In this document: one piece after another, positions 14,601-26,432 of the stretch | Layout: every line of letters begins with the position of its first letter | Numbering within the stretch: position 1 is the first letter of the stretch | NCBI GenBank assembly: GCA_048013815.1 | Contig: CM106585.1 | Span: forward strand, 14,756,001-14,820,000 | Direction: 5' to 3' | From: Setoptus koraiensis | Taxonomy: Eukaryota > Animalia > Arthropoda | Length of the DNA stretch: 64,000 nt | The notes under the pieces: model-generated | Databases searched by the model: none | Told to the model about the DNA's origin: nothing | What the model saw: the letters and a program-made list of their open reading frames with translations, nothing else | Position numbers and translations under genes: made by a program

Positions 14601-15765
14601 CCATTAATGGCCACCGAGAGTCACTTGGGCCATTAATGGGCCCACCGTTTGATACGGGCGATGGCTGGCCCGCCGCAAGTGGCTTCCTCTGGCGAGAATT
14701 TCTTTCGAATCTCGCGAAAGTTTGGAATCAAAAGTTTGAGTCAAAACTTTTGAGTCAAAAGTCAAAAAGTCGCTCTCGTTTGTCGCTGCAAAAGTTGATC
14801 GCTAATGAACGCTGTTGATCAGCTTGTCGACAGCGACAGCGAGTCGCATTCGCAGCCGAGAATTTCTCGGCGAGAATTTCTCGGCGAGAAGGTCGCCAGA
14901 ATGATAATAACACTTTTTGCCTGCTTTAGCATTAATGCATTTGATGTGTTTAATATATATTTATTTAATATACGAATTTGTGTGTATTTTTAGATGGTTT
15001 GGATACGACGACGACGGCGACGATTAGCGACAGTGACGTTGGTCGCGCCACCATGACTAACTAATGATAATTATCATCATTACAAAAATGTGTGTGAGCT
15101 CGACAGCGAGTTTGTTAACCCAATTCTGTTCACGTTATCAATACACTTGTCGTTGTTGATCGTCAACGCTGATCTGGTCTGTCTACAAGTCACGTAACTT
15201 GTTTGTTTGTGGCGCGCGAACAATGATTAATCTCACTAGTTGTGTCGCTTGACATTGCCCGTGTGTCTGTGTGTAATACACAGTCTGTATATGTAAATGT
15301 TAAATTTATTTATCGTTTCATTACATTATTTATTATTTCATTATGTATTTGTGGTTGCCTCAATTAGCTTGGCGAGGCCCGCCGGTTATAGGTTGCGCTG
15401 GCGAGCCACGACGCCTGTCAGGCGTCACACGATCAACAAAGTGTTGATGCCACTCAATGACAGCAGCAACATTTTTATTTAAATTTGACAGCCAGACTAA
15501 TTGATTAGCGATCGCAATTGCGACTGCACATTATCTCGATTACACTGCGCTGTTGTGTTGCCTATTCCGACACGAACGATCCAATTGGTGCAATCGTAAT
15601 CGCCGGCCGAGCCAATGATACGCACATACAGATTGATGTTACAGAGAAACGGTTCGACAAATCGATCAAAGTCGCGCGCCAGCAACCCAGATGGACGCAG
15701 AGAAACTGTCTGAGCGATTCTTGGCATTCTTGGCCGCCTTTCACCATTATCCAACGCGACGCAAC

Positions 15766-15821
15766 CTTTTACCTGTTGTGCGCTGTGCAGATAATTGGGC
15801 ACAGCGCACAACAGGTAAAAG
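15766..15821. other. Perfect inverted repeat: 23-bp stem, 10-nt loop
   Basis: CTTTTACCTGTTGTGCGCTGTGC (15766-15788) is the exact reverse complement of 15799-15821. Confidence 0.95.
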
Positions 15822-16214
15822 AACGCCAATAGAGTGCCAATGGAACGGGTGGTAATAGAATTAGTGGCCGGCGCTAATTCCAGTGCTACAATTTGCCGGC
15901 CAGCAGGATGCGCTTGTTTGATGCGCGCGCCAGCTCGCGCGCAAAAATCTGGGATTGGCCCGGCCAATCGGCCGGTCGCGGTTCAACGTTCGCCGTCGCC
16001 CGTTCGAATGTGCCCACTTCGAAGCTGCCAACTTCGAAGGCTCCGAAACTGCGCACTGCGAACTGCGAAGGCTTCGAAACTGCGAACCGCGAACTGCGAA
16101 GGCTTCGAAACTGGAGGCTGCGAAGGCTCGAAGTGGCCAACTTGCGATCGGCCGCGATCGGCGATCGGAGCGCCGGGCCGAGAAATGTGTGAGCGTGCGC
16201 CCGAGCTGGATAAG

Positions 16215-16215
<1 letters not shown>

Positions 16216-16283
<68 letters not shown>
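16216..16283. repeat. (CA)34 microsatellite
   Basis: Perfect dinucleotide run. Confidence 0.98.
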
Positions 16284-16287
<4 letters not shown>

Positions 16288-16338
16288 TCCGACAGATAAA
16301 GTCGGATCCAACACACCTGACCGTTTGATTGGCTGCAG

Positions 16339-16582
16339 CGCGAATGCAAATTGTTTTGCTTGCGCCTCCCTCATCGCGCATCGGCCGCGCAAGACCATTC
16401 GCGCATTCTTAGATGCGCCGCGATCGCAGGTCTTGCGCAACTCCGACAATGGTGGCATGAGGGCACAACAACAGCAGCAACAACAGCAACAACAGCAACA
16501 ACGAAAGCAACAACAGCAACAACAACAGCAGCAACAATTGTTACACGACGCCCGGCGCTTACGCAACAAATGTGCGTCTTGA
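16339..16582 (+). CDS. Candidate polyQ-containing exon (..AHRPRKTIRAFLDAPRSQVLRNSDNGGMRAQn..LLHDARRLRNKCAS*)
   Basis: ORF 16325-16582. Mixed CAA/CAG codons read as Q, with a CTGCAG acceptor ending at 16338. Could be a non-coding simple repeat. Confidence 0.25.
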
Positions 16583-19500
16583 ATGTGTGTGTGTGTGTGT
16601 GTGTGTGTGTGCCATACCTGTGTGTGATACACTTACGCAACAGATGCGCAAACAGATAGATGGACAGATAATCGTCGTTTGGTGGCGTCGCCGCGGCCAG
16701 TTATCGGCCTGCATCTCATTGATCTCATTGCATCGCGCCCGATTGCTGTCGCTCGGCCGCTCTGGCCACTGTGCCGACTCTGGCCACTGAGCCGACTCTG
16801 GCCACTGGCCGATGCTGGCCACTGGCCGATGCTGGCCACTGGCCGACGCTGGCGATTCTTTCAGCGGATCTGGCGATTCATTCGGCAGATGAGCACAGCG
16901 AGCAGAACGCAAAGAATCGAAGGAATGTGTGGCAGCCACACACTTGACTGCGCCGTTCGACGCCGTCAAGTGTGTGCCCGAATCAAAGAATCGCTTCGAT
17001 CCAATCAACGTCCAGCGGCCGGCAACGTTCGCCGTTCGGCCGCTAATAAATGAATGAATGAACTGCGAAGAATCATTAATTTTATATCTCGAAATCATCA
17101 CTATCTCGCTGGTGGCAGCATGGTGGGCAGCGGCCGTAGACTAGTTAGTTAGGTGGGACAAGCGGCCGCATGCCGGCCTAATGGAGCCAGCTCGTTCGCT
17201 GGCCAGAACTTGTTTCGCTGGCTGTCCGCTGGCCGACGCTCACCTATCTATCCGCGGCATCATGGTCGTCGTGTTGGATTCGAGGCCGCGCCGAAGCCGC
17301 GCCGAGGCTCGCCAGATCGAAGCCGCCAGATCGAAGCCGCCAGATCGAAGCCGGCCAGTTCGAAGCCAGCGAGAATCGAAGCCGGATTGGAAGCGTTCGA
17401 ACTTGGAACGCCTCGCCAGCCAGCATTTGGCCAGTGTTATCTGTTGTGATTTACCTGTGGCATGCAAACGAGCCCGACAGGAAAATTACGTGGGCTCATC
17501 GACATGATAAGCGACGGCCAAAGCGTAAATTATCAATTAAATTGTTGCTGTTCTTGTGTGTGTGCGTCGTGTGCACATTGTGTGCACTCTGGACGCAACA
17601 TGCACACAATGTGCACAATATGACGCAACTGGCACGATCGGCCAACGGGCCGATGCCGTCATCGATCGCACGCCCATCGATGAGCCCATGCGCAGGCGAG
17701 CCGAGCGAGCGGCTCTCTGCTCGCTCGGCGCGGATAGTCGCGCGGATAGTCGCGCGGACACAATCGGTCGCCTCGGCTTATTAATCAAGCTTATCAATGA
17801 ATTTCGGAGCCGCCGAACGGCGTGATCGTGGCGCTGATTGGATTGTCGGCGTTCGCGATAATCGGCCCGGCTCAGCGAAACGAAGATGCAAACTTTAATT
17901 AACTGTGAATAGATGCACACTCATGCTTGTGTATGCATTATTATGTAACAGCGCAACATGCTGTTACATAATAATCGATTGTGTGCTGTTGTGGTCGAGC
18001 TCCAATTAATTTTATTTTATCTCTCGCTGCTCGCTCATTCTTGTGCGATTCTTCTTCTGCGAATCGCTGGCCGGCCGGCTCGCAATCGCTCGAATCTGGC
18101 CGAATCGGCTGGGCGCGCCAATCGATTTTGTGTGCGACCGCTGCGCCGTTGCCGGCCGGCCGGCCGGCCGATCGGTCAGCCATCATCGGCCCATTGGCTC
18201 ATTGGCGATTCGCCTATGCGACGGGCCGCAAATGGCGGCCTAATTAGACAATAATGCGCGCACAAACAAACGTAGGCAAACAAGAGACAGATACGGATCG
18301 GAGATCCATCATTCGGGCCGAACTCATTGGGCCGAACTCATTGGGCCAAGCCTTCGACGCGAGCGTTCGAGCCTTCGACGGCCAGCGTTCGAGCGTTCGA
18401 CGCGAGCGCTCGACCCAAGTTGCAGCTCGCGCGCAACATTCCACGGTGTGCGCTGTGGCCCGGATTGTTTTCGTTCGTTTGCGGCCGATCGGCGCGATTC
18501 GCCCGCGATCCGGCCAGCGATTCGTTGGCCGTTCGGCCAGCGACTTGCTTGCATGTTCGGGCGCCTGTATCCGCCGCTCATGGTGGCGTGCGGTGTCGGT
18601 ATTGGTTGTTTCCGTCGCGCAAACGGACAATTCAATCGGACGGCCGGTTCAGTTGCGATCCGATTGAGTTATCCGAGCGCGAATATCGTTTGCGTGCGAT
18701 CGCATGCGCCGCCGATCGCATGCGCCGGCGATCGCGCCCGGCCAAACCGCTCGCTCGCCGCCGGCTGTAAATCGGGCATAACCGGTGTGCTGATTGGTCT
18801 GCGTGCGGTCATCGGGAGTGCGGTCGCCGGGAGTGCGGTCGCCGGGAGTGCGGTGGTCGGGAGTGCGGTCGGCGGGATTGCGGTTTGTGGGGCAGTGTAA
18901 ACAACGGCGACGTCTGACCACTCAAAAGCACACATACTGACTGACGCACGCTGACACGTAACTGGCAACCTCGCACCTGTCCGAACGCCACCGAAGCGCC
19001 GAAGCTCCGAAGCTTCGAAGCTGCGAAGAACGCCGAGTTGCTCGGTGCTTCTTGTGTGGTGCTAGTGGTGCAAGCCACACGCTGCAAACAAACACAACTG
19101 GCAATTTGGCAACATTGGCCATGTTTGGCCGTGCGGCTCGCATCAGCTGTTCGCTCTGATTTGTTCGGTGGTATGTTTCCGTTTCAGCATCATGATGGTT
19201 GCACCATCATGTTGCATCATCGGTGCATCATCGGTGCATCATGGTCGGTGCATGATGCGATGCCCAACGCGATGCGCACAATATGCATATTACGCAATAT
19301 TGCGCAACACTGTTGTGCCACAGCTACATGGATGGAACAGGTTGTGAGCTAACGTTAGCCAAAACCTGACAAAGCGATGGCACCAAAACAATTACTATTG
19401 CGCAATTATGCAATTACGTGCGTATGCGCACCGCACACATGACAAGTATGACACATATATTGAATGGCACATATTAAGTGGCGCGATTTTCGCTCTGTGC

Positions 19501-21801
19501 CCCCTGTGACTCACAGACATTTGCATAGACGGAGCTTGGCGAGCTCGCAGGCAAAGGAAAGAATCGCCTAAATGGTCTCAAATGGCTCGATCGGAGGATC
19601 GTTGGAGGGATCATTTAATTTGAATAGGCAGCAAATAGCAAATGATAGATAGAATAATAACATTTCCATTATTAGATAACAGCGCGCAAGCGTGTCTAAT
19701 AATGAGCGCTCACCTGACACCTGACAGCGATAGTGACAACAATTCAATTTTTGTTTTCACTGCGCTGCGTTGTTCGCGGGCAAGTGAGCAAGTTATGCAA
19801 ACCAATATGCGCAATACAAGCGAACCAAATTCGCGCAAACCGATTCGCGCAAACCGATTCGCGCAAACCAATGGCCGTTGCGCAACACACGACGGATCAT
19901 TGAGCACACCGTCCGCGGCTGCATCGAGCTCTGACACTTGCGACTGGCACCGACTGACAAATTGTCGGCCGGTTTCGCCTGTCACTCGACTCGTTGGCGT
20001 TCGCGGAGTCGGTCGCGAATTAGTGCGCCGGCCAGCGATTTCGCAAACTATTTATACGCTCGCTGGGCGCATAAACAATGGCCGGCGCACAATGACTGTT
20101 GCGCTTGTGACCATACGAGCATGGCGAGCGCGGCGAAAATATGGAAAATATGCGGCCTCGAGCGGCTTCGAGCGGCTCGCCAGTTGCGCCCCCTCGGCGG
20201 GCAAACGCGCCAGAGAGCGGCGGCCGGCCGGGCGGCGCTGTGGGCATCGGCCCTGGGCAGGTTCGCGTGCTCAATGAAGCCTGAACGCACTCGCATCAGC
20301 GATGCCGAATTCAATTCAATTGCTCGCCTCCGATATTCGTTGCATGTTGCATAACTGCGCAACAGGCACGCATGTTACGCAACTACACAACACGGTGTTA
20401 CGCAACTACACAACACAGTGTTATGTAACATTGTAAATAACAACAACAACAATAATGGCAATAAATATGAATGATACATGGTATAATTATCTAGTCATAG
20501 CGCATCAAATTGGCAGCACATCGCAGCGAATGGCAGCACATCGCGATGTATCGCGATACATCGTATATAACGCATATAACGTATGCGTCGCATATATCGT
20601 ATATGCGGCGTGTATATAGTATGTGGTCAGCTGGCAGCAGTGGTTACATAATAGTTACATAATGGTCAGCGGTGCGATAATAAACAACAACAATGCTGTT
20701 GCTGCCACAAGCGGCCTATGTAAATAGCCGTGCGATGACGCCCGCGAACGCAATTGCACTCTGTGGCAACCTGTGGCAAACTCGCAAACTATTACTGCTG
20801 CCGCTGCTGATGCTGGCTAATTAATTATTTTCTCATTGGCCCTATTTCTCGTCGTTGGCCAGCCTGTGGCCGTTGTTTGCGGCGTCCGCTGGCTCGTTGC
20901 TTGTTGCCTCTCATCGCATCCTCGGGCCTGAGACAGCGGACGCGGGACAGCAAACGCGGGACAGCAAACGCGGGACAGCGGACCCGAGACGGCGGACCCG
21001 AGAGCGCGCACATGAGACGCATGAGCGTTCGATGGGCACATTTCAATCAGCCGGCAATCAGCGGCTGTCGACATGATGAGCATGCAAACAAGGCCAACAA
21101 CAGACGCATTAAAGATACAATAATTTCCATCGTCTCATGCGCGAATGGCCACTGGCCACTGACCACTGACCACTGGCCACTGGAAACAACCGGCGGCGCA
21201 TGTTGCGCAACCGCACACTCAACCAGTTCGATGATGTCTCAATTAACCGGCCGCATAACCATTGTCTGCCATTATGCGCTGTAATGAGACATCGCAAGCT
21301 AACTGACAAGCGACCAACCAACAAACAATTTCGGGCCTAATAACAATTATTACGCAATCAATTGTGTGTGTGTGTGTGTGTGTGCACAGTAGTGGCCCGA
21401 GCAGTCAGCTGATAGTTGCCACTAACAGCAAATTGATTGACTGTTAATTAGCTCTCTCTCTCTCTCTCTCTCCATCGTTGCAGCAAACAATATTGTGTGT
21501 ACGACAGGCTCTTGCGTAACTCGAGTGTTGCGAGTTACGTAAGAGCTCACCTGGTGCCACTTGTGCGCCGGCTTGTGCGGCTGCCGGCAACTGGCGCGCT
21601 CAATCACCACCGAAGCAAATCCAGCGTCAACAGGCTCTAGCGGTCAGCTCGAGCCGCTTGTTCGGCCGCCACTCGGCCGCCAGTGGCCGCCGAACAAGCG
21701 GCCCGAACCGCCGAGCCGCCGAACCGCTCGAACGGCGCCAATTGGAACCGCTCGAGCTGTCCGAGCTCGGACTGCCCGAACTGTCCAAACTGTTCGAACT
21801 G

Positions 21802-21864
21802 TTCGAACTGTCCGAAGCGTTCGAACTGTCCGAAGCGTTCGAACTGTCCGAAGCGTTCGAACTG
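21802..21864. repeat. Minisatellite, 18-nt unit TTCGAACTGTCCGAAGCG, 3.5 copies
   Basis: Read directly from the sequence. Confidence 0.9.
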
Positions 21865-24800
21865 GAACGCTGCGGCCGGCTCGACAAGCCGCAGCATGGG
21901 CATAATGGCCGGCCAGACAACAACAGCAAGCCGCCAACTAGCGAAACAGTCAAATGATGCCCCATCATTCAAACTGATGATGATAGTTAGCTAGCTCATT
22001 AGGCTCAGCCGATCATTAAAGCTGCCTGATTATCATGTTAATCACGGTGCGTTCGCAGCGACAACAGCGGCTCCGTTGTTTGCGGCCGGTCGCTCGCCAC
22101 GGAGCGTCTCGAACTGGAAAATCGCCGGCCAGCCAGCCAGCCAGCGGCCGGCGACTCTCACGGCAACCGTCTGAGTATCTCTGGATATCTCTGTGCATCG
22201 TCTGTGCCCCCGTGCCTCGTCGCAAGCTTATATTGTGCACAAGACATGGGCGCTTCTCCGATCCGTCTTGAGACACCGACTGTCACTGATTGCGTCACGG
22301 TGATTGTGAGCACTTTCGCGCCCAAAGTTTCGCCGCGCCGAGCGCTGATCCGCTGATCAATCCCGATCGACCCGGCAAGCGCCCAACGAACGCCCGACAA
22401 GCGCTTGACAAACGAAACAGCTGACTGGCGTATGATGACAAATGAGACCGATGTCATAGGCGACAGTGGATGTCATTGGCAGTTCGTTAACATTTGCGAT
22501 CGTGGTCGTTCGCGAATGGTCAATCAACTCATCGGCGACACCTGTCACAGGCCGCTCCATTCATGGTCGTCCCATTTAAATGTGTTCGGCGGCCGGCACG
22601 ACGAGCATTTACATTTGTCAGAGTCAGCGGCTAAACCGCCAGCTCGATATTGCGTAACATTACGTAATATTATGTGACATTATGCGGCATTGCGATATTG
22701 TGGCACATTAATCAAAATATACATTCTATTCACTATATTTATATTTATATATTTGTATTTGTGTATCATTCGCAAGTCGTTGGTTGTCGTAGATGCCACT
22801 GATAATCGATACAACCAACAGCCTGTTGTCCACCGAAACTCGAAAGCTGACAGCTGATTAACTATTCAACTAAATTAATAATACATAAACAGGATTAGGC
22901 CACTACCGATTGCCAGGCCAACTATTCACTTGTAACTATTTGCTATTAACTTGTGACTATTTGCTATTAGCTTGCAACTATTTGCTATCAACTTTTAACT
23001 ATTAACTTTTAGCTATTAACTTTTGGCTATCAGCTATCAGCCGGCCCAGCCAAGAGCACACTGTTGGCCGTTTGTCAACTGGCCAACACTGTCCATTTGT
23101 CAGCTCATCATTTGAGCTTGCCAGCGAGCTGTGTCATGAGCTTGCCAGCGGGCTGTGTCATGAGCTGTGTGTCAATAGATGAATGGATGACAGCGTCAAG
23201 TTCAATCGAATTCGTCATCAACATCAAATATATATATAGCACGACGTTGTTGGGCTGGCATGCGTCAAAAGTTGTTGTGCTGGCTGGTGGTTGTGGTCAG
23301 CATCGGCAGCAGCAACAAGGACAGTTGCGTAACCACTATTCACTAATGGCCAATAGTGGTTGTTCTGGTTAATTGTCATTCCTGCTTGTGTCACCTGTAA
23401 CAAACAGCTGAGCAGTGTGTGTGTGTATAAGTCACTGCTGCCACCATTTGACGTTTATAGATGAGTTCATCATGTCGCTGTCATACGCTCATTGATCCAT
23501 TGCTATCCATTAGACGTTTTTAGATTACATAATATCATCAATGTGGTCGTCATTTTAATTCGTTTCGTCTGCTGTTGTGCTCGCTGTCTTATCCGCTGTC
23601 AGCCACTCTTATCCACTGACGGCAGCCACTCTTATCCACTGACGCCAGCCAATGCCACACACACATTCAAAACTGATAATACAGACATACTCACACAGGC
23701 CGATGAATGTCGTGTGATTTTGCGTTTGATTTTGATTTTATTTCATGTATCTGATGCTATAATCGGCACAATCGGCAAGCTCGATACAACGATACAACGA
23801 TACGGCCAAACGGCGATACAACGATACGGCGAGCCAACAACGACAATCGTGTTTGATCAGCCAAATGCAAGTTGCCATGCAATTCTTATTATTATCGCTC
23901 ATGCTTGCCGGCGCACACAAGACACTTGTTATGTGCCAATGTTATGTAATGAAATGTGATGCGACGCCACTTAATGTGTGTAAATCATGACATGAAATAC
24001 TATTTGAAATGGTGTGCGTGTGCTGATTGCCAGCCAGTAACTCACTCGCGGGTCTCGCCAGTCAGTCTCGCCGGCTCAGCGCTTGTGAGCCGGCCCGTGA
24101 GTCGGCTTGCGAGTCGGCCCGCGACTCGGCCCGTAAGTCGGCCCGCGAGTCGGCCCGTGAGTCGGCCCGTGAGTCCGCTGGCCAAACAGACACGACAGGC
24201 AGACAGATGCGACAGGTAGACAGATGAGACAGGTAGACAGACGGACAGACAGACAGACAGCGTACGGACAAATAGACGGACAGACAGACGAACACTGTGC
24301 TGCGGGGTAGTGATACCCCGCAGCACAGCCAATGAACGTGAGTGGCCGAACAGGTGGCAAAAAACAGACAATCACGTAATCATGCCATCATTGCGTAACA
24401 TTGCGTAACATTGCGTAACATTGAGTGTGTGTGTGTGCAAACACTCAAATTGAGTGACTCAATACGCTCACATACTGTGTCATACACGTCATATGACGGC
24501 GCGTCTAGGCGACTCGTCGTCTTGTTGCCCTGTTGACTTATTGCCGCTGCCGGCCAACGACGACAACATCGCTAATACTTTTGCAATCATCACTATTTAT
24601 ACACACGACCACGCTGATGACCATCATCACTATAATCAGCTGTGTTCACATGTCACACTGGCGGCCGCAGTCTTGCCAGTATCGCCAGTCGTTGTCGCCA
24701 ATGACGCAACGAGACACAACGAGACGCAACGAGACGCAACAGGAAACAGATTCAAATGGAAGCGACAAGCGGCGTCAGCTGTTTTGCATGCCGCCCACTC

Positions 24801-25822
24801 ACATTCGACGACGGCTGTATCAATGTGATATCAATCATCATGTCGCTTGTGAGGTGCGCACATTGCGTGCATATTGATACCTGTCGAACTGCCGAACCGT
24901 CGAACCGTCGAACTGCCGAACTGCCGAACTGCCGAACTGTCGAACTGCCGAACTGTCGAACTGTCGAATTGCCGAACTGTCAAATTGGGAAATTCTTCTC
25001 CAACGAGGCCAACGTTGCACGACCAAAGGCGAATTGTGCTGGCACACTGGCAATCAGCTGATTGTCATCGACACAATCAGCAGATTAGCGTTGCCGCACA
25101 GCGGACAGTGCTGCAATCTCAAGTGATGGGGCGCTCGATTAATCTCTCGTGCAATGCGAACAATGGCCGAGCCTAACGAAGCTACTGCGAATGCTGCACA
25201 GGTGAACAGAGGGCGCCCATGACGCGATGCAATTTGGGCGAGCAACAATTTTCAACGCCGACCGTCCAATGGCGCTGATCGGGGCGAACAAACGAGCTGA
25301 TACTCGATTTCGGCCGAGATATCAGCTGAGATATGAGTTGAGATATCAACTCAACTCGAATCATTCAGCTTAAATACTCTGGCCAGTTTTCGAGACACAC
25401 ACACACACACACTCAAAAACTCAAGCAGCGAAACAAACAAACAGACAGATAAGTAAGGTAAGTTGTAATTGTAAGTTGCATTATGTGTATAGGTGAATGG
25501 TGATAATAAAGATGAATGAAATGAAGGATTGTTGGCCCGACAGACTAACTAATTCATATTTGGGCTCGCTTGATGCGGCCGATGATTCGCGATGACCGTC
25601 ATGAGCAATAGACAATAATTGTGTGTGTAGGCACCCACTATCGTTGCGCTTATTTATTGCCATCATTATCATAATACCCGCGATGATACCTGTTACCATA
25701 CCTGTTACCATACCTGTTACAATGGCCGGCTTCGGGTTCACATATACAGCGCACATACACAGGTGTATATTTATGCTGTTTCGTTGCATTGTTGCTGCTT
25801 CGAAACGTTTTTTAATATTCAA

Positions 25823-26152
25823 ATGACGCAATGCGAATGCTCGCCGCCGATCGCTCGTTTTGCCGAAATCGCCGAAGCTGCGAGTCGCATCGGATTGATT
25901 CGCCGGCGACCGCAACAGCAACAACAACAACAGCAACAACAACAACAGCAACAACAACAACAGCGGCAACAACAACAGCGGCAACAACAACAGCGGCAAC
26001 AACAACAGCGGCAACAACAACAGCGGCAACAACAACAGCGGCAACAACAACAGCGGCAACAACAACAGCGGCAACAACAACAGCGGCAACAACAGCAGCG
26101 GCAACAAGCGAGCAGCATGATATTTAAATCATCGCTTCAATCATCATTCTAG
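25823..26152 (+). CDS. Candidate ORF/exon with a (Q4R)n tract
   Basis: ATG at 25823 in ORF 25763-26152. Protein-like flanks (SPPIARFAEIAEAASRIGLIRRRP; ASSMIFKSSLQSSF*) surround a stop-free repeat, so the evidence is weak. Confidence 0.2.
   Translation: MTQCECSPPIARFAEIAEAASRIGLIRRRPQQQQQQQQQQQQQQQQQRQQQQRQQQQRQQQQRQQQQRQQQQRQQQQRQQQQRQQQQRQQQQRQQASSMIFKSSLQSSF
25913..26107. repeat. CAA/CAG trinucleotide tract with a 15-nt higher-order unit CAGCGGCAACAACAA
   Basis: Read directly from the sequence. Confidence 0.95.
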
Positions 26153-26346
26153 CACCTTCTGCTCTTGTCAGTGAGCTCTCACTTGTGTGAATGAAACTCT
26201 CGCATCGTCAGCGGGCCGCCAAACAAGCCAATCGATACCCGCTGTCCGACGACAGCGTCAGCTGATGGCGGCCGCGGGTCGCAATTAGAATTAGCATGAG
26301 TTCGCGGCCGACAGCGCCTTTTCGAAGCGCCTTTTCGCCTCTTGCC

Positions 26347-26432
26347 AACGCTCACTTCGAACGCTCACTTCGAACGCTCACTTCGAACGCTCACTTCGAA
26401 CGCTCACTTCGAACGCTCACCTCGAACGCTCA
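26347..26432. repeat. Minisatellite, 13-nt unit AACGCTCACTTCG, about 6.5 copies
   Basis: Read directly from the sequence. Confidence 0.95.
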
